NCBI RefSeq assembly: GCF_030028105.1
Contig: NC_092379.1
Location: forward strand, 22,297,309-22,361,308
DNA: 64,000 bases
From: Mobula birostris
Taxonomy: Eukaryota
Direction: 5' to 3'
In this document: positions 26,125 through 38,870 of the stretch, piece after piece
Numbering within the stretch: the first letter of the stretch is position 1
Layout of the letters: each line of letters opens with the position of its first letter
Translations under genes and position numbers: made by a program
Notes under the pieces: model-generated
The model's database searches: none
What the model was told of the DNA's origin: nothing
What the model saw: the letters and a program-made list of their open reading frames with translations, nothing else

Positions 26125-29100
26125 AACCATATAACAATTGCAGCACGGAAAAAGGCCATCTCAGCCCTTCTAGTCCGTGCCAATCTAGAAGCTTTGTGAT
26201 GTACTACACGCAAAAGCATGTTGACTAGCCCTAATCAGTCTCTATCTATCCAAATACGTATACATCCCATCCTTGGAATACCTTCTAATATCTTTCCCAG
26301 TACTGATATCAGGCTCACCAGCCCGTAATTTCCTGGCTTTTTCTTATAGCCTTTCTTAAATAACAGTAAAACATTAGCTATCTTCGTGCTCCAGTCCCTC
26401 ACCGGTGGTTAAGGATGTTTTAAATAACTCGGGCAGGACCTGCAATTCCTGCACTAGCTTCCCACAGAGTCCCAGGGAGCATATATCAGGGTCTGAGGAA
26501 CCATCTACCCTAATTTGCCTCAAGCAGCAAACACCTCTTACATGACCTTGATGCTGCTTTGCCTCGCTTCTATAAACTGCGTTCCTCCTGAGGAAATACA
26601 GATGCAAAAAAATCCTTTTAAGATCTCCCCCATCTCTTTTGGCTGCGCACATGCTTTACCATACTGAACTTCCAGAGGACCGGTCCTGACCCTGGCAATC
26701 TTTTTGCTCTTAACACACCTGTGGAAATACTTAGAATGCTCTCTCACCTTGTCTGCTCTTGCCTTCTTTTAACCCTCCTGATTTATTTCTTTCATGTTCT
26801 CTTCCATTTCTTCTACTCAAGCACCTTATTTGTCCTGCCTGCCTATACCTGCTCTGCACTCCTTTTTGTTTTTTAACAAGGACCTCAAATTCTCTTGAAA
26901 ACTAAGGTTCCTTAAACCTGTCATCCTTGTGTTTTATTCTGACAGACACATGCAAGCTTTGTACTCTCGAAATTTCACTTCTGAATGCCTCCCACTTACC
27001 AAGTGCATATTTGCTAGAAAACAGCCTGTCCCAATCCACACTTGCTAGATTCTTTCTGATACCATAAAAATTGCCCCTTCTCCAACCCAAGGACCAGAAC
27101 TATGCTTTTACATAATTACCTAGGAACTAGTGGCATTATGGTCAGGAGATGCAAGTGGTCCCCAAACAAACTTCTGTCAGCGTCCCTGTTTCATTCCCTA
27201 ATAGGAGATTTAGTATCACATTCTCTCTAGTTTGGACTTCTATGTACTGATGAAGCAAACTTTTTTCAACACATTTGACCAACTCTTTCCAATCCGGTAT
27301 AGGAGTCCTAGTCAATACGTGGAAAGTTAAAATCATCTACCATCACAACCTTACTATATGTTTCTTGCAACAGTCTGGTCTCTCTTCAAATTTGCCCCTT
27401 GAAATCCTGCAGACTGTTGGAATGGTCAGTAATATAATCCTATTAACATGGTCATACCTTTCTTATTCCTTAGTTCTATTCATAAAACCTCACCAGATGA
27501 GCATTGCCATGACACTTTCCCTGAATAGTAAAGGCATCATTCTCCCTTTAATTCTTCCTGCTCTATCACGTCTAAAACAATGGAATCATGGAACAGTGAG
27601 CTGCCAGTCCTGTCCCTACTGGAGCCAAGTCTTTCTAGTGGCTACAATATTCTGATTCCATGTGCTGATCCATCTTTCCTGCAACACTCCTTGCATTGAA
27701 ATATACACAACTCAGAACACAATCCCTCCATACTTGCCCTTTCTATTCCTGACTTCATATCTAGGTTTAACAACATCTTTCTGCACAATCACTTCACTAT
27801 CTGTTTGGACATTCTAATTCCGATTCCCTTGTAGCTCTAGTTTAACCACCCACCACACACGCCCCCCCCCACCCCCGGTGTAGCACTAACATACATTCCC
27901 ACTATGACTCTAGACACCCCCTACAGTTCAATTGCAAGCAACCCTTTCTGTACAGGTTCCACCTTGTCTGGAAGGGAGCCCAATGATCCAAACATCTGAA
28001 GCCCTCTGTCCTGCACCAACTCTTTAGCCATATGTCATATGAAGGGTCAGAGCCGTCTCTATTTCCTGAGGAGACTGAGGTCCTTTAACATCTGCCAGAC
28101 GATGCTGAGGATGTTCTACCAGTCTGTGGTGGCCAGTGCTATCATGTTTGCTGTTGTGTGCTGGGGCAGCAGGCTGAGGGTAGCAGACACCAACAGAATC
28201 AACAAACTCATTTGTAAGGCCAGTGATGTTGTGGGGATGGAACTGGACTCTCTCACGGTGGTGTCTGAAAAGAGGATGCTGTCCAAGTTGCATGCCATCT
28301 TGGACAATGTCTCCTATCCACTACATGATGTACTGGGTGGGCACAGGAGTACGTTCAGCCAGAGACTCATTCCACCGAGATGCAGCACTGAGCGTCATAG
28401 GAAGTCATTCCTGCCTGTGGCCATCAAACTTTACAACTCCTCCCTTGGAGGGTCAGACACCCTGAGCCCATAGGCTGGTCCTGGACTTATTTCCTGGCAT
28501 AATTTGCATATCACTATTTAATTATTTATGGTGCAACTGTAATGAAATCCAGTTTCCCCCTGGATCAATAAAGTATGACTATGACTATGTTAAACTGTAT
28601 GATCTTCCTATTTCTGGCCTCACTAATATATGGCACGGGTAGCAATCCTGAGATCACAACCTTGGAAGTCCTGTCACTTAACGTAGCACATATCCCCCTG
28701 TGTTCACTTTGTAGGGCCTCATCATCCCTCCTATTCATTTTATTGGTCCCAACAGTGTCATTCTCCCCAACAGAATCTAACTATCTTTTGTTGAGGGAAA
28801 TGGCCACAGGGGTACCCTGGAATGGCTGTTTAACCCCTTTCCCTCTCCTGAGAGTCACCCATTTACCTGTGTCCTGCACTTTGGGTGTAACTACCTCGCC
28901 ACATGTCCTCTTGATTAACCCGTCAGCCTCCCAAGAGATCTGGAGTTCACCCACTTCCAGTTCCAACTCCTTAACACAGTCTGCTAAAAGCTGCAACTGG
29001 ATGCATTTCCAGCTGGTGAAGTCATCAGGCACACTGGAGACCTTTCTACCTTCCCACATCCCACAAGAGGAGCATTCAACTACCCTGCTTAGCACCCCCA

Positions 29101-29130
29101 CTACTGCAAATGTACAATAAGAAGGAAAGA
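26125..29130 (-). mobile_element. CR1 fragments including an ORF1 remnant, interrupted at 28035-28590
   Basis: ORF 29161-28781 VVECSSCGMWE..DDFTSWKCIQLQLL is CR1 ORF1-like; endonuclease and linker remnants at 26270-27700. Confidence 0.75.
28035..28590 (+). mobile_element. Rex-Babar 3' end (second family), nested in CR1
   Basis: QSRLYFLRRLRSF..FYQSVVASAIMFAVVCWG; tail AATAAAGTATGACTATGACTATG. A minus-strand sister copy lies at 33675-33945. Confidence 0.85.
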
Positions 29131-29173
29131 AAAACAAAATCCCAGATGGAAACTTGTTCAAAGTAATTTATTA

Positions 29174-29980
29174 CACTGGATGACAAATTTTCTTGGAATT
29201 GTTGCTTCCTCGGAATTTTATTTTTGTTTATGATACTTAGATTGAACCTGGATACAAACATAATTTCAGACTGCTTGTATCATGTAGGAATTTGGAAAAA
29301 CAAGAAATTAACTTTTATTGTATAAAATGTGCTTAATTGCATAACTATGCTGATGCTTAGCAATAGTTCAACTAAGCTAAAAAAATTTTTTTTTGATGAT
29401 TTTCATTTGTACTCAGTGTCTGAGGCCTCTCGTTTAAGTGCCCAACAATAATCAGCTAGTATTGATGGATTCCAGTTGCCCTTATACAATTTCTCTGTGA
29501 CTGCAATGCCCTGGTGAAACTGTTCCACATGCTCGTCACTGACAGTGCCAAGATTTCCAGGGAAGAAGTCTAAATGGAAATGCAAGAAAATTAATCTTTA
29601 GAGACACATTGCACTTCATAGTTTTGTATGCTTGAAGCGTGTTGTCAACCAGCTGCACATAGTTTGTTACTCTGTAGTTGCCAAGAAAATTTTCAATAAC
29701 ATCCTCGAATGTCTTCTATGCGATTTTCTCCAGTTCTGTTAGGAGTTCTTTGAATTGCCTGTCATTGATGACCTGTTTGATTTGTGGACAAACAAAAATG
29801 CCTTCCTTAAACTTGGCATCAGTTATTCTGAGCTGAATTATGAATTGAAATAAAATAAAGGTAATTTTTTTTAAAAATGGTGCATTGATAAGGAAATTTC
29901 ATGGTGATATTCATGATCAGCAGCCCAAAGTGCATAAGATACCCCCAAGACTATTTCGGTGCAAAGTTTGTGATCCAGTG
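29174..29980 (-). mobile_element. Internally deleted Chapaev3-like (CMC group) DNA transposon
   Basis: TIRs CACTGGATGACAAATTTT (29174) and AAAGTTTGTGATCCAGTG (ends 29980), 16/18 match; 3-bp TSD TTA on both sides. Minus-strand transposase remnant KEGIFV-PQI..NFLGNY..SLKI..HLDFFPGNLGTVSDEHVEQFHQ..LADYCW. Confidence 0.75.
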
Positions 29981-30877
29981 TTATCGAAGTACATTTATGT
30001 CACCAAATGCTACCTTGAGATTCATTTTCTTGTTGGCATTAGCAGTAGAACAAAGAAAACAACAGAATAAATGAAAAACTACACCCAAAGGCTGACAAAC
30101 AACTAATGTGCAGAGGAATGTTGGGAATGACTTGAGGGTGAATTCTTGGCAGAAGTCAGGTCCTACGTGTATAAAAGCAATGGTTCAAATGGTCAAATAG
30201 ATGGAGAGAAGAGACTGGTGATGCTGCTTTTTGATCTGATAAGTCCTTAGTTCTGTGTATCCTACACCACAGCTGCATTTACATTGATTTTCCAGCCTGG
30301 AGATTGGACAGATAGATCACTCTTTTCATCCAAACAGCAGGCACTTTCCCCGAGACAATTAGTTGCATGTTGAATAGAATTGGTCCTAATTAGAATTGAT
30401 GCATAATTCAAAGAGGCTTAATTCCAGTATAATAAACTCACCTTAATTAAAGGTGAATCCAATATCAAAAAGCAAAATGCTGTGATCGGGCTTTTTAGAA
30501 AAGAAGCTATACACAAGTTACAGTCTTGATACTAGAATGAAAGTTTTGGGAGATGTCTATATTTGGAGATCTTTTCAGCTGATGACCTTTCATCTTTCCT
30601 TGGTCAGCAGACCAATGATTTCCTCAGAATAGCTGAGTTTATCCTTTAATCTGCAGAGCATGTGAGCTCCCAGGCATGTCATAATCCCAACTCTCACAGT
30701 CATACATTGCTGATTGCAGTGCACGGTTCAGTTATCTTTTAAATGTGATTCACTGACTAGCTTTCATTCTCCTCAGTAACCACCAGGAATTCTGGCCATG
30801 CCCTTTAGCAGTGATGACAAGGCAGTCCAGGGCACCTTTTTCTCATACTTATTTTCTTCTTCAATGCTGCCCATTTA

Positions 30878-31749
30878 CACTAATTAGCCACTTTACTAGT
30901 CCAATGTCTTGGTCAGCACGTGGCCAAGTGGTTAAGGCATTGGACTAGCTACCTGAAGGTCGTGAATTCGAGCCCCAGCCGAGGGAACGTGTTGTGTCCT
31001 TGAGCAAGGCACTTAGTCACACATTGCTCTGCAATGACACCGGTGCCAAGCTGTATGGGTCCTAATGCCCTTATATGCCTTCCCTTGGACAACATTGGTG
31101 TTGTGGAGAGGGGAGACTTGCAGCATGGGCAACTGCTGCTCTTCCATACAACCTTGCCCAGGCCTGCGCCCTGGAGAGTGAAGACTTTCCAGGGCGCAGA
31201 TCCATGGTCTCGCCAGACTAATGGATGCCTTATCTACTAGGTATACCTGTATACTTGCTTGTTAATGCTAATATCTAGTAGGTCAATCACATGGCAGCAA
31301 CTCAATGCAAAAGGCATGTGGTTATGGCCAAGTGGTTCAGTTGTTGTTCAGACCAATCATCAGAATTGGGAAGAAAAGCGACCGCGGATGATTGCTGATG
31401 CCATACGGGGTGGTTTGAGTATCTCAGAAGCTGCTGATCTCCTAGGGTTTTCACACACAACAATCTCTAGAGTTTACAGAGAATGGCACAAAAAAAAATC
31501 CAGTGAGGGCAGTTCTTTGGGCAGAAGCACCTTGTTAATGAGGGAGGTTAGAGGAGAATGGCCAGACTGGTTCAAGCTGACAGGAAGGCAACAGTAACTC
31601 AAGCAACAGTGGTGTGCAGAACAGCATCTCTGAAGCCACAGCACGTTGACCCTTGAAGTGGATGGGCTCAGCAGCAGAAGGGTGTGAACATACACTCAGT
31701 GGCCACTTTATTAGGTACAGGAGATACCTAGTAAAGTGTACAATGAGGG
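30878..31749 (+). mobile_element. Tc1-derived composite non-autonomous element with a nested SINE
   Basis: TA plus left TIR remnant CACTAATTAGCCACTTTACTAG at 30878; transposase N-terminus (GLSISEAADLLGFSHTTISRVYREW); terminal 57-bp TIR-TIR palindrome 31693-31749 followed by TA. Confidence 0.75.
30911..31232 (+). mobile_element. tRNA-derived SINE
   Basis: A box TGGCCAAGTGG (30921-30931), B-box-like AATTCGAGCC (30965-30974), body GTGTTGTGTCCTTGAGCAAGGCACTT; TACTAG is repeated on both sides. Confidence 0.8.
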
Positions 31750-33674
31750 TATAAATATGCAATTAACTTAAATACAGCCATCAGGGTAGATTTCTGCAAT
31801 CAGTATTACCAAACACAAAGTAAATCATTGCTACAGTCTCTCCACTGTATCAGAACCCAAACTGTGTGTACCCTTGTCTGAGAAGTTGACACCAATTAGA
31901 TAAATAATTTGTTAGTATCGGTCAATCACGAAGACTCTGAACCTGCTTCGGAAATGAGGAGAGGGTCTTGCTCTCTCAGGATTGTTCGCCCATTGGTTCT
32001 GATTCCTTGCATCGCATTCTGTTTGGTAAACATGAACCTGGTAGTAGGTTCCAAGCACATTAGAATTGTATTTCCTCATGTAAAGCAGTGTGTTTATTTT
32101 CAGTAACACAGCTCCACTGGGAGGCCCCCCCCACTCAAATTAAACCTGCTTGTGAAACCTGAGAGGATCTGTAAGTGGAAGGACTGAGTGTTAATGTCAT
32201 CGCAGAGTTTCAGACATCTGTTAGACATTAATAACTAAAGATTACTGAACATCAAGTACACCAAAGGGTGTAAGTGAAAATTCATGGCGTTTTCATCCAG
32301 GATCATGAAAGCATGAAATTCTGATTTTTCTTTTGGACAAAAACAATCTCTGCACTCTTACACCATCTCATGAAACCCTTCCAGCAGGGACAGCTTAGCT
32401 TTAATACAGAAACACTCCTCTTGATGTTGTTGCAAAGTGAACTGAAGAGATTGGGGCTTTCATCTGCCGAGGCATGAAGGAAATATTGGCATTATGTTAT
32501 TGGAAGATAATGTTATTGGAAGATCCCATCCTTTTTTGTGTTCATAACAGGGCAGTAACAACATAGATTTGAGACAGTGAAGTTCCTTCAATGTCCCATA
32601 AAACATTTCCTGGACTAGGATTACATAGTTTTAATAGAAAGTGAAGTTCCCTCTACACAGTCTCTTGAGATACTCCCAGGCTAGTGTGGAAACGAACTTG
32701 TAGTAAAAAAAATGGCATTTTTGCCTATAGCAAATTGGAACCTGTATTGTACTAGAGTTCTTTGCTAATAATTTGTATAACAATTATGCCAATGGATCCT
32801 GAGTGCTTGACAAACTGATTAAGCAGATGTATGGAATGCATCCCATCTTGAACTGTTGTGCAGTAACTAGCACTTGTGTATAAAGGAGTTAGTGTGCTGT
32901 CTGCTTTTTTAGAGATATCACTGGCTCTTGTGAAGCGTTAGTCTTCCCCTGCTGTAAGTAAAATAAACACACTTATGATTGATCCACTCTGAGATAATTG
33001 CTATATGCTAAAAGGCATAGCAGGAAGGTACTTGACACTAGGATCAGATTATTTAAACTCATCGTCTAGTCTAAATTCACAGTGTCAGGATCTCAGCTGG
33101 AGATCTTGAATGTGTAGTCAAGTAATGACATGCCCTTCTTCATCTTCATCTGTCCATACAAGAGCAGATTTTCAGAGGTGAGGTCAGACTGCTTGCCTTT
33201 GGCAACAAGGGGGCATTTCAATGAGCTTGGCGTTGAAGTGCCTTAATAAAATTGGACAATGGGGAAACCTTCTAATGGTTGGAGTCATACCTCCCACAAA
33301 GCAAAATGGTTTTGGTTGCTGAAAGTTCAACCTCTCAACCCCAGAATGTCACTTACTGTTTTGTCATCGATCCAGCTGCTTCATGAATGAATTTCTTTTT
33401 ATTATGAGGAGATACGTACAGATGAGTTCATAAAGTTAAATCCTACTGTAGATCCTCACGAAATGAAGCAATCCGAACTTGCATGCACCAAGATCTTGAC
33501 TATAGTCAGGTTCTTAAGTGGCAGGCAACAGTCATGCCATAAAAGGCAATGCGTATCTCCAATGGAGTGGGTCGAACCAGCAAGGTGAAAGGTGCAGGAC
33601 AATATCATTGCCACTATGTGCCATGATGTTTGATATAGGTGATCATGATGACCATGACGGTACATGGCAGTTTT

Positions 33675-33945
33675 TTCTAGTCATAGTCATAGCCATACTT
33701 TATTGATCCCAGGGGAAATTGATTTTCATTACAGTTGCACCATAAATAATTAAATAGTAATAAAACCATAAATAATTAAATAGTAAGATGTAAATTATGC
33801 CAGGAAATAAGTCCAAGAGCAGCCTATTGGTTCAGGGTGTCTGACCCTCCAAGGGAGGAGTTGTAAAGTTTGATGGCCACAGGCCGGAATGACTTCCTAT
33901 GACGCTCTGTGTTGCATCTCAGTGGAATGAGTCTCTGGCTGAAAG
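33675..33945 (-). mobile_element. Rex-Babar 3' end
   Basis: Reverse complement of 28330-28590. Confidence 0.85.
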
Positions 33946-34327
33946 TGAAGTTTCTGCAAAGTGGTTTGCCTTCTTCTGGGTAGTGTCTTTACAAGGTGGA
34001 TGACCCCAGCCATTATCAATACTCTTGAGAGATTGTCTATCTGATGTCAGTGGTCATATAACCAAGACTTGTGATTTGCACCAGCTACTCCTATGACCAT
34101 CCACCACCTGCTCCCATGGTTTCACAACTCTGGTCGGTGAGGTGGGGGGGGGGGGCAGTGGTGAACGGTGGCACTGAACATTGCTACACCTTGCCAAAGG
34201 ATGACCTGCAGGTTAGCGCAGGGAAGAAGCAGCTTACACCTCCTTTGGTAGAAACCTATCTCTACCTCACCACCCAAAGAAGAATATTACCATCTGCAAA
34301 CGTACAATATCCAGACTTGGGGATATA

Positions 34328-34442
34328 TACTTAGTGGCTACTTTATTAGTACAGGAGTGAACCTAATAAAGTGGCAACAGGAGTGGAACCCAATGTGGTT
34401 GCTGTGGTCTTCTGCTGCTGTAGCCCATCCACTTCAAGATTC
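34328..34442 (-). mobile_element. Tc1 composite, terminal fragment
   Basis: TIR-TIR palindrome at 34328-34384 joined to the minus-strand LKWMGYSSRRP coding sequence. Confidence 0.7.
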
Positions 34443-34444
34443 AG

Positions 34445-35550
34445 TAACTGAAATGCTCCCACATCCATAGCCTTTGTTGCTACGCAGCTGGAAATTTATT
34501 TTATCTAACGTTATTGTAAAGTGCCGCATAGTTTTCAGTCACAAACACACCATCCTCCTGCCACTCCACCAGGGATAGGATTCCTCTTATCTTCACCCAC
34601 ACATCCAGCAGATAATTCTCCATAACCTCAGACATCTGCAACAGGATCCCACCCTGAAGCACATCTTTCCCATTCCACACTCCCCCCACAACTTTCTGCT
34701 TTCCACAGCGCTCACTCCCTACACGACTCCCTTGGCCATCTGTACCTCCCCACTGATCTTCCTCCTGTTACGTACACTTGCAAGTAGAACAAGTGCTACA
34801 CCAGCCCCTACTCCTCCTCCCTCACTACTATTCAGGGCCCAAACAGTCCCTCCAGGTGAGGCAACACTTCACCATTGAGTCTGTTGTGGTCATCTACTGT
34901 ATCCGGTGCTCCTGTTGTAGCCTCTTGTATATCGGTTTAACCCGACGCAGATTGGGAGAGCACTTCGCCGAGCACCTACGCTCTGTCCACCAGAAAAAGT
35001 GGGATCTCCCAGTGGCCACCCATTTTACTTCCACTGCCCATTCCCATTCTGACATGTCGGTCCATGGCCTCCTCTACCGGCACGATGAGGCCACACTCAG
35101 GTTGGAGGAGCAACATCCTATATTCCGTCTAGATGGCCTCCAAACTGATGGCATGAACATCGATTTCTTGAACTTCCGGTAATCTCCTTCCTCCCTTCTT
35201 CTCTATTCCTCATCCCCTTTTCCCTCTCTCACCTTATCTCCTTGCCTGCCTATCACCTCCCTCTGTTGCTCCTCCCCACTTTTCTTTCTTCCGTGGCATT
35301 CTGTCCTCTCTTATTAGATTCCCCTTCTCCAGCCCTGCACCTGTTCCACCAGTCAACTTCCCCGCTCTTTACTTCACTCCTCCCCCCTCCTAGTTTCACT
35401 TATCACCTTGTATTTCTTCCTCTCCTCCCTTCTAATATTGACTCCTCATCTTTTTTTCTCCAGTCCTGCTGAAGGCTCTCGGCCTGAAATGTTGATTGTA
35501 TTCTTTTCCATAGATGTTTGCCTGGCCTGCTGAGTTCCTCCAGCATTTTG
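34445..35550 (+). mobile_element. Penelope-like element 3' part (GIY-YIG)
   Basis: VVIYCIRCSCCSLLYIGLTRRRLGEHFAEHLRSV..VATHF..RLEEQH, followed by the terminal repeat. Confidence 0.9.
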
Positions 35551-35634
35551 TCTGTGTTGCACAGTTTGCAGGCCATGTAAAAAATTTCCTACTCAGATTA
35601 GTTGGTCCACACAGCTGTAAAAAAATAAAGGAAT

Positions 35635-36010
35635 ATTGTGGCTTCCTGTTAGTTTGAACCTGTCTGGCCGTTCTCCTCGGACCTCTCACATTAACAAGGC
35701 ATTTTTTGCCCACAGAACTGCAGTTCACTGGATGAATTTTTTGTTTGTTTTTGACACCATTCTCTGTAAACTCTAGGGACTGATGTGTGTGAAAGTCCTA
35801 GGAGATCAGCAGTTTCTGAGATACTTCAACCATCCCGTCTGGCAGCATCAATCATTCCATGATCAAAGTCACTTAGATCACATTTCTTCCCCACTCTGAT
35901 GTTTGGTCTGAACAACAACTGAACATCTTGTCTATGCCTACAAGCTTTTATGTGTTCTGTTTCTCCCACATGATGGTCTGTTTTGAATCTTGCATTAATA
36001 AGCAGGTGTA
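35635..36010 (-). mobile_element. Tc1 composite family, partial copy
   Basis: Reverse complement similarity to 31250-31600 and 56410-56790. Confidence 0.7.
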
Positions 36011-36299
36011 CTTGATACAGTAGCCATTGAAAGTATTTACAGGCATATGAATGAGAAACAGAAAGTTGTGATGGAAATGGCCATTACAGGGTGGATAGAA
36101 GAACACCAGAGGTAATAACAGGGAAAATGCATAAATAGTGAATCATCTCTTCATTATTTGCCAGGATAATACAAGAATTTTGTTTGTTATGGTCCATGGA
36201 CTTGATGCTCCAGATAACACTCCATATGCACCTCTTTGATCAGTCAATTGATGGAGATTCCCAAGATTCGGTAGGATCTTGCACTCTAGGATCTGAAGG

Positions 36300-37125
36300 C
36301 TTCAGAATCAGAATCAGTTTTATTATCACCAGCATGCGTCGTGAAGTTTGTTAGCTGAGCTGCAGCAGTTCAGTGCAATACATAAAATAAAGAAAAAAAA
36401 ATAATAATAATAATAAATCAATCAATCAATTACAGTACACATATATTTAATAGATGAAAAATCATGCAAAAAAGGAAATAATATATATTGTAAAAGTGAG
36501 GTAGCATCCAAGGGTTCAATGTCCATTTAGCAATCGGATGGCAGAGGGGAAGAAGCTGTTCCTGAATCACTGAGTGTGAGCCTGCAGGCTTCTGTATCTT
36601 CTCCCTGATGCAAACAGTGAGAAAAGGGCATGCCCTGGGTGCTGGAGGTCCTTAATAATGGATGCTGCCCTTCTGAGTCACTGCTCCTTGAAGATGCCTT
36701 GGGTACTTTGTAGGCTCATACCCAAGATGTAGATGACTAGATTTAAAACACTCTGCAGCCTCTTTCAGTCCTGTGCAGTAGTTCCACCGCACCCCCCCCC
36801 CCCCCCACCCAATACCAGACAGTGATGCAGCCTGTCAGAATGCTCTCCACGGTCCATCTATAGAAGTATAGTTGCTGTCTTTCCTTCTTTATAACTCCAT
36901 CAATATGTTGGGACCAGGTTAGGTCCTCAGAGATCTTGACACCCAGGAACTTGAAACTGCTCACTCTCTCCACTTCTGATCCCTCTATGAGGATTGGTAT
37001 GTGTTCTACGTCTTACCTTTCCTGAAGTCCACAATCATTTCTTCCGTCTTACTGATGTTGAGTGCCAGGTTGTTACTGTGACACCACTCCACTAGTTGGC
37101 ATATCTCACTCCTGTAGGCCCTCTG
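36300..37125 (-). mobile_element. Rex-Babar 3' fragment
   Basis: ERVSSFKFLGVKISEDLTWSQH motif; (ATCAGA)n tail at 36305-36317. Confidence 0.85.
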
Positions 37126-37283
37126 TCCTTTAAGGACATTCTTGAATCTGTCCCTCCGCCTCTCTTCCTATCACAGAAATTGTTATGGGATGTTTGACTC
37201 AAGAGTCTGCTGCACATTTGAATAGCTGATATTGTACAAATGAAGATGTCATCGCAGGGAAAGAGAACAACATTAGTTCATTG

Positions 37284-38226
37284 GTGAACGCAGCAGGACA
37301 GGCAGCATCTCTAGGAAGAGGTACAGTTGACGTTTTGGGCCGAGACCCTTCGTCAGCACTAACTGAAAGAAGAGCTACTAAGAAATTTGAAAGTGGGAGG
37401 GGGAGGGGGAGATCCAAAATGATAGGAGAAGATGGGAGGGAGAGGGATGGAGTCAAGAGCTGGACAGTTGATTGGCAAAAGGGAAATGAGAGGATTATGG
37501 GACAGGAGGCCTAGGGAGAAAGAAAAGGGGGAGGGGGGAAACCCAGAGGATGGGCAAGGGGTATAGTGAGAGGGACAGAGGGAGAAAAAGAAGAGAGAGA
37601 AAAAGAATGTGTGTATATAAAAAAATAACGGATGGGGTATGAGGGGGAGGTGGAGCATTAACAGAAGTTTGAGAAGTCAATGTTCATGCCATCAGGTTGG
37701 AGGCTACCCAGGCGGAATATAGGGTGTTGTTCCTCTAACCTGAGTGTGGCTTCATCTTTACAGTAGAAGAGGCCGTGGATAGACATATCAGAATGGGAAT
37801 GGGATGTGGAATTAAAATGTGTGGCCACTGGGAGATCCTGCTTTCTCTGGCGGACAGAGCGTAAGTGTTCAGCCAAACGATCTCCCAGTCTGCGTCGGGT
37901 CTCAGCAAGATATAAACGGCCACATTGGGAACAACGGACGCAGTATATCACCCCAGCCGACTCACAGGTGAAGTGTTGCCTCACCTGGAAGGACTGTGTG
38001 GGGGTCCTGAATGGTGGTAAGGGAGGAAGTGTAAGGGCATGTGTAGCACCTGTTCCGCTTACAAGGATAAGTGCCAGGAGGGAGATCGGTGGGGAGGGAT
38101 GGGGGGGGGGACGAATGGACAAGGGAGTCACGTAGGGAACGATCCCTGTAGAAAGCAGAGGGGTGGGGGAGGGAAAGATGTGCTTAGTGGTGGGATCCGG
38201 TTGGAGGTGGCAGATTTCCTCGTGTT
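37284..38226 (-). mobile_element. Penelope-like element 3' part with a 15-bp TSD
   Basis: 157-aa GIY-YIG ORF 38131-37658; AACATTAGTTCATTG at both 37269-37283 and 38227-38241. Confidence 0.9.
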
Positions 38227-38469
38227 AACATTAGTTCATTGTTCTTTCCAACTAACTGGAGAGTTTTGTGGAGATGGTCTTACTGGTATCTTTGCAGTGC
38301 CTTGAGTTGGGAGTGCAACTGCAGCATAGTAATATGTACCTGCTGAGCAGCAAGCAACAGGTCGGTCTCACAATGGAGCTGAGTGTGTTTCGAATAGAAT
38401 AAAGCGGGGCTATACGTTAAATAATCTGACATAAGTAAGGTTGTTGGATTGTTTTAATTTTTCAAAACC

Positions 38470-38870
38470 CCTTATCTTAGGAAAAAGTTTCCATAAGACT
38501 GAAAAGTAGTAATGCAACTTCTTCATTCAAAAAGAGACCGGAAATGGAAAACGACAGGTATAAACATCCGTCATTAGGAAAATGTTCACCAGCAAATAAA
38601 GTTTCCTTAAGTTACCGTCAAGGCACTGTAGGCACGTCCGGTAAATTTGCTGAAAACGCAAAAATCGTGCGGTGAATGGGGAATACGTCGAGATATGTGA
38701 GTGAATGTAAAGAAAACTGGCAAATTTATATCTAGAGCAGGAAATGTGAAATTGTTCATTTTGCCAGGGAAAAAATTATAAAAGCATTTTATGCGTGTGA
38801 TGAGACTTTGCAGAACTATGCGACGAAGAAGGATCTGGGTGACGTTGTGCATGAATTGCAAAATTCAAAT
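38470..38870 (+). mobile_element. Old CR1 RT fragment
   Basis: Degenerate LDFQK-FDKV and KFA-D-K-G / FN-GKCE-VHF motifs. Confidence 0.6.

Noticed and set aside
30911-30985. tRNA gene (also 43175-43248 on the minus strand)
   Set aside because: A and B boxes are present but the cloverleaf is degenerate and continues into SINE bodies.
32494-32700. Short tandem duplication (ATGTTATTGGAAGAT x2) and two degenerate units of about 63 bp
   Set aside because: Ordinary slippage or satellite remnants; no spacer structure and nothing CRISPR-like anywhere in the window.
37658-38131. GIY-YIG ORFs as host nuclease or homing endonuclease genes
   Set aside because: Several decayed copies share the same termini, and one is linked to a Penelope RT remnant.
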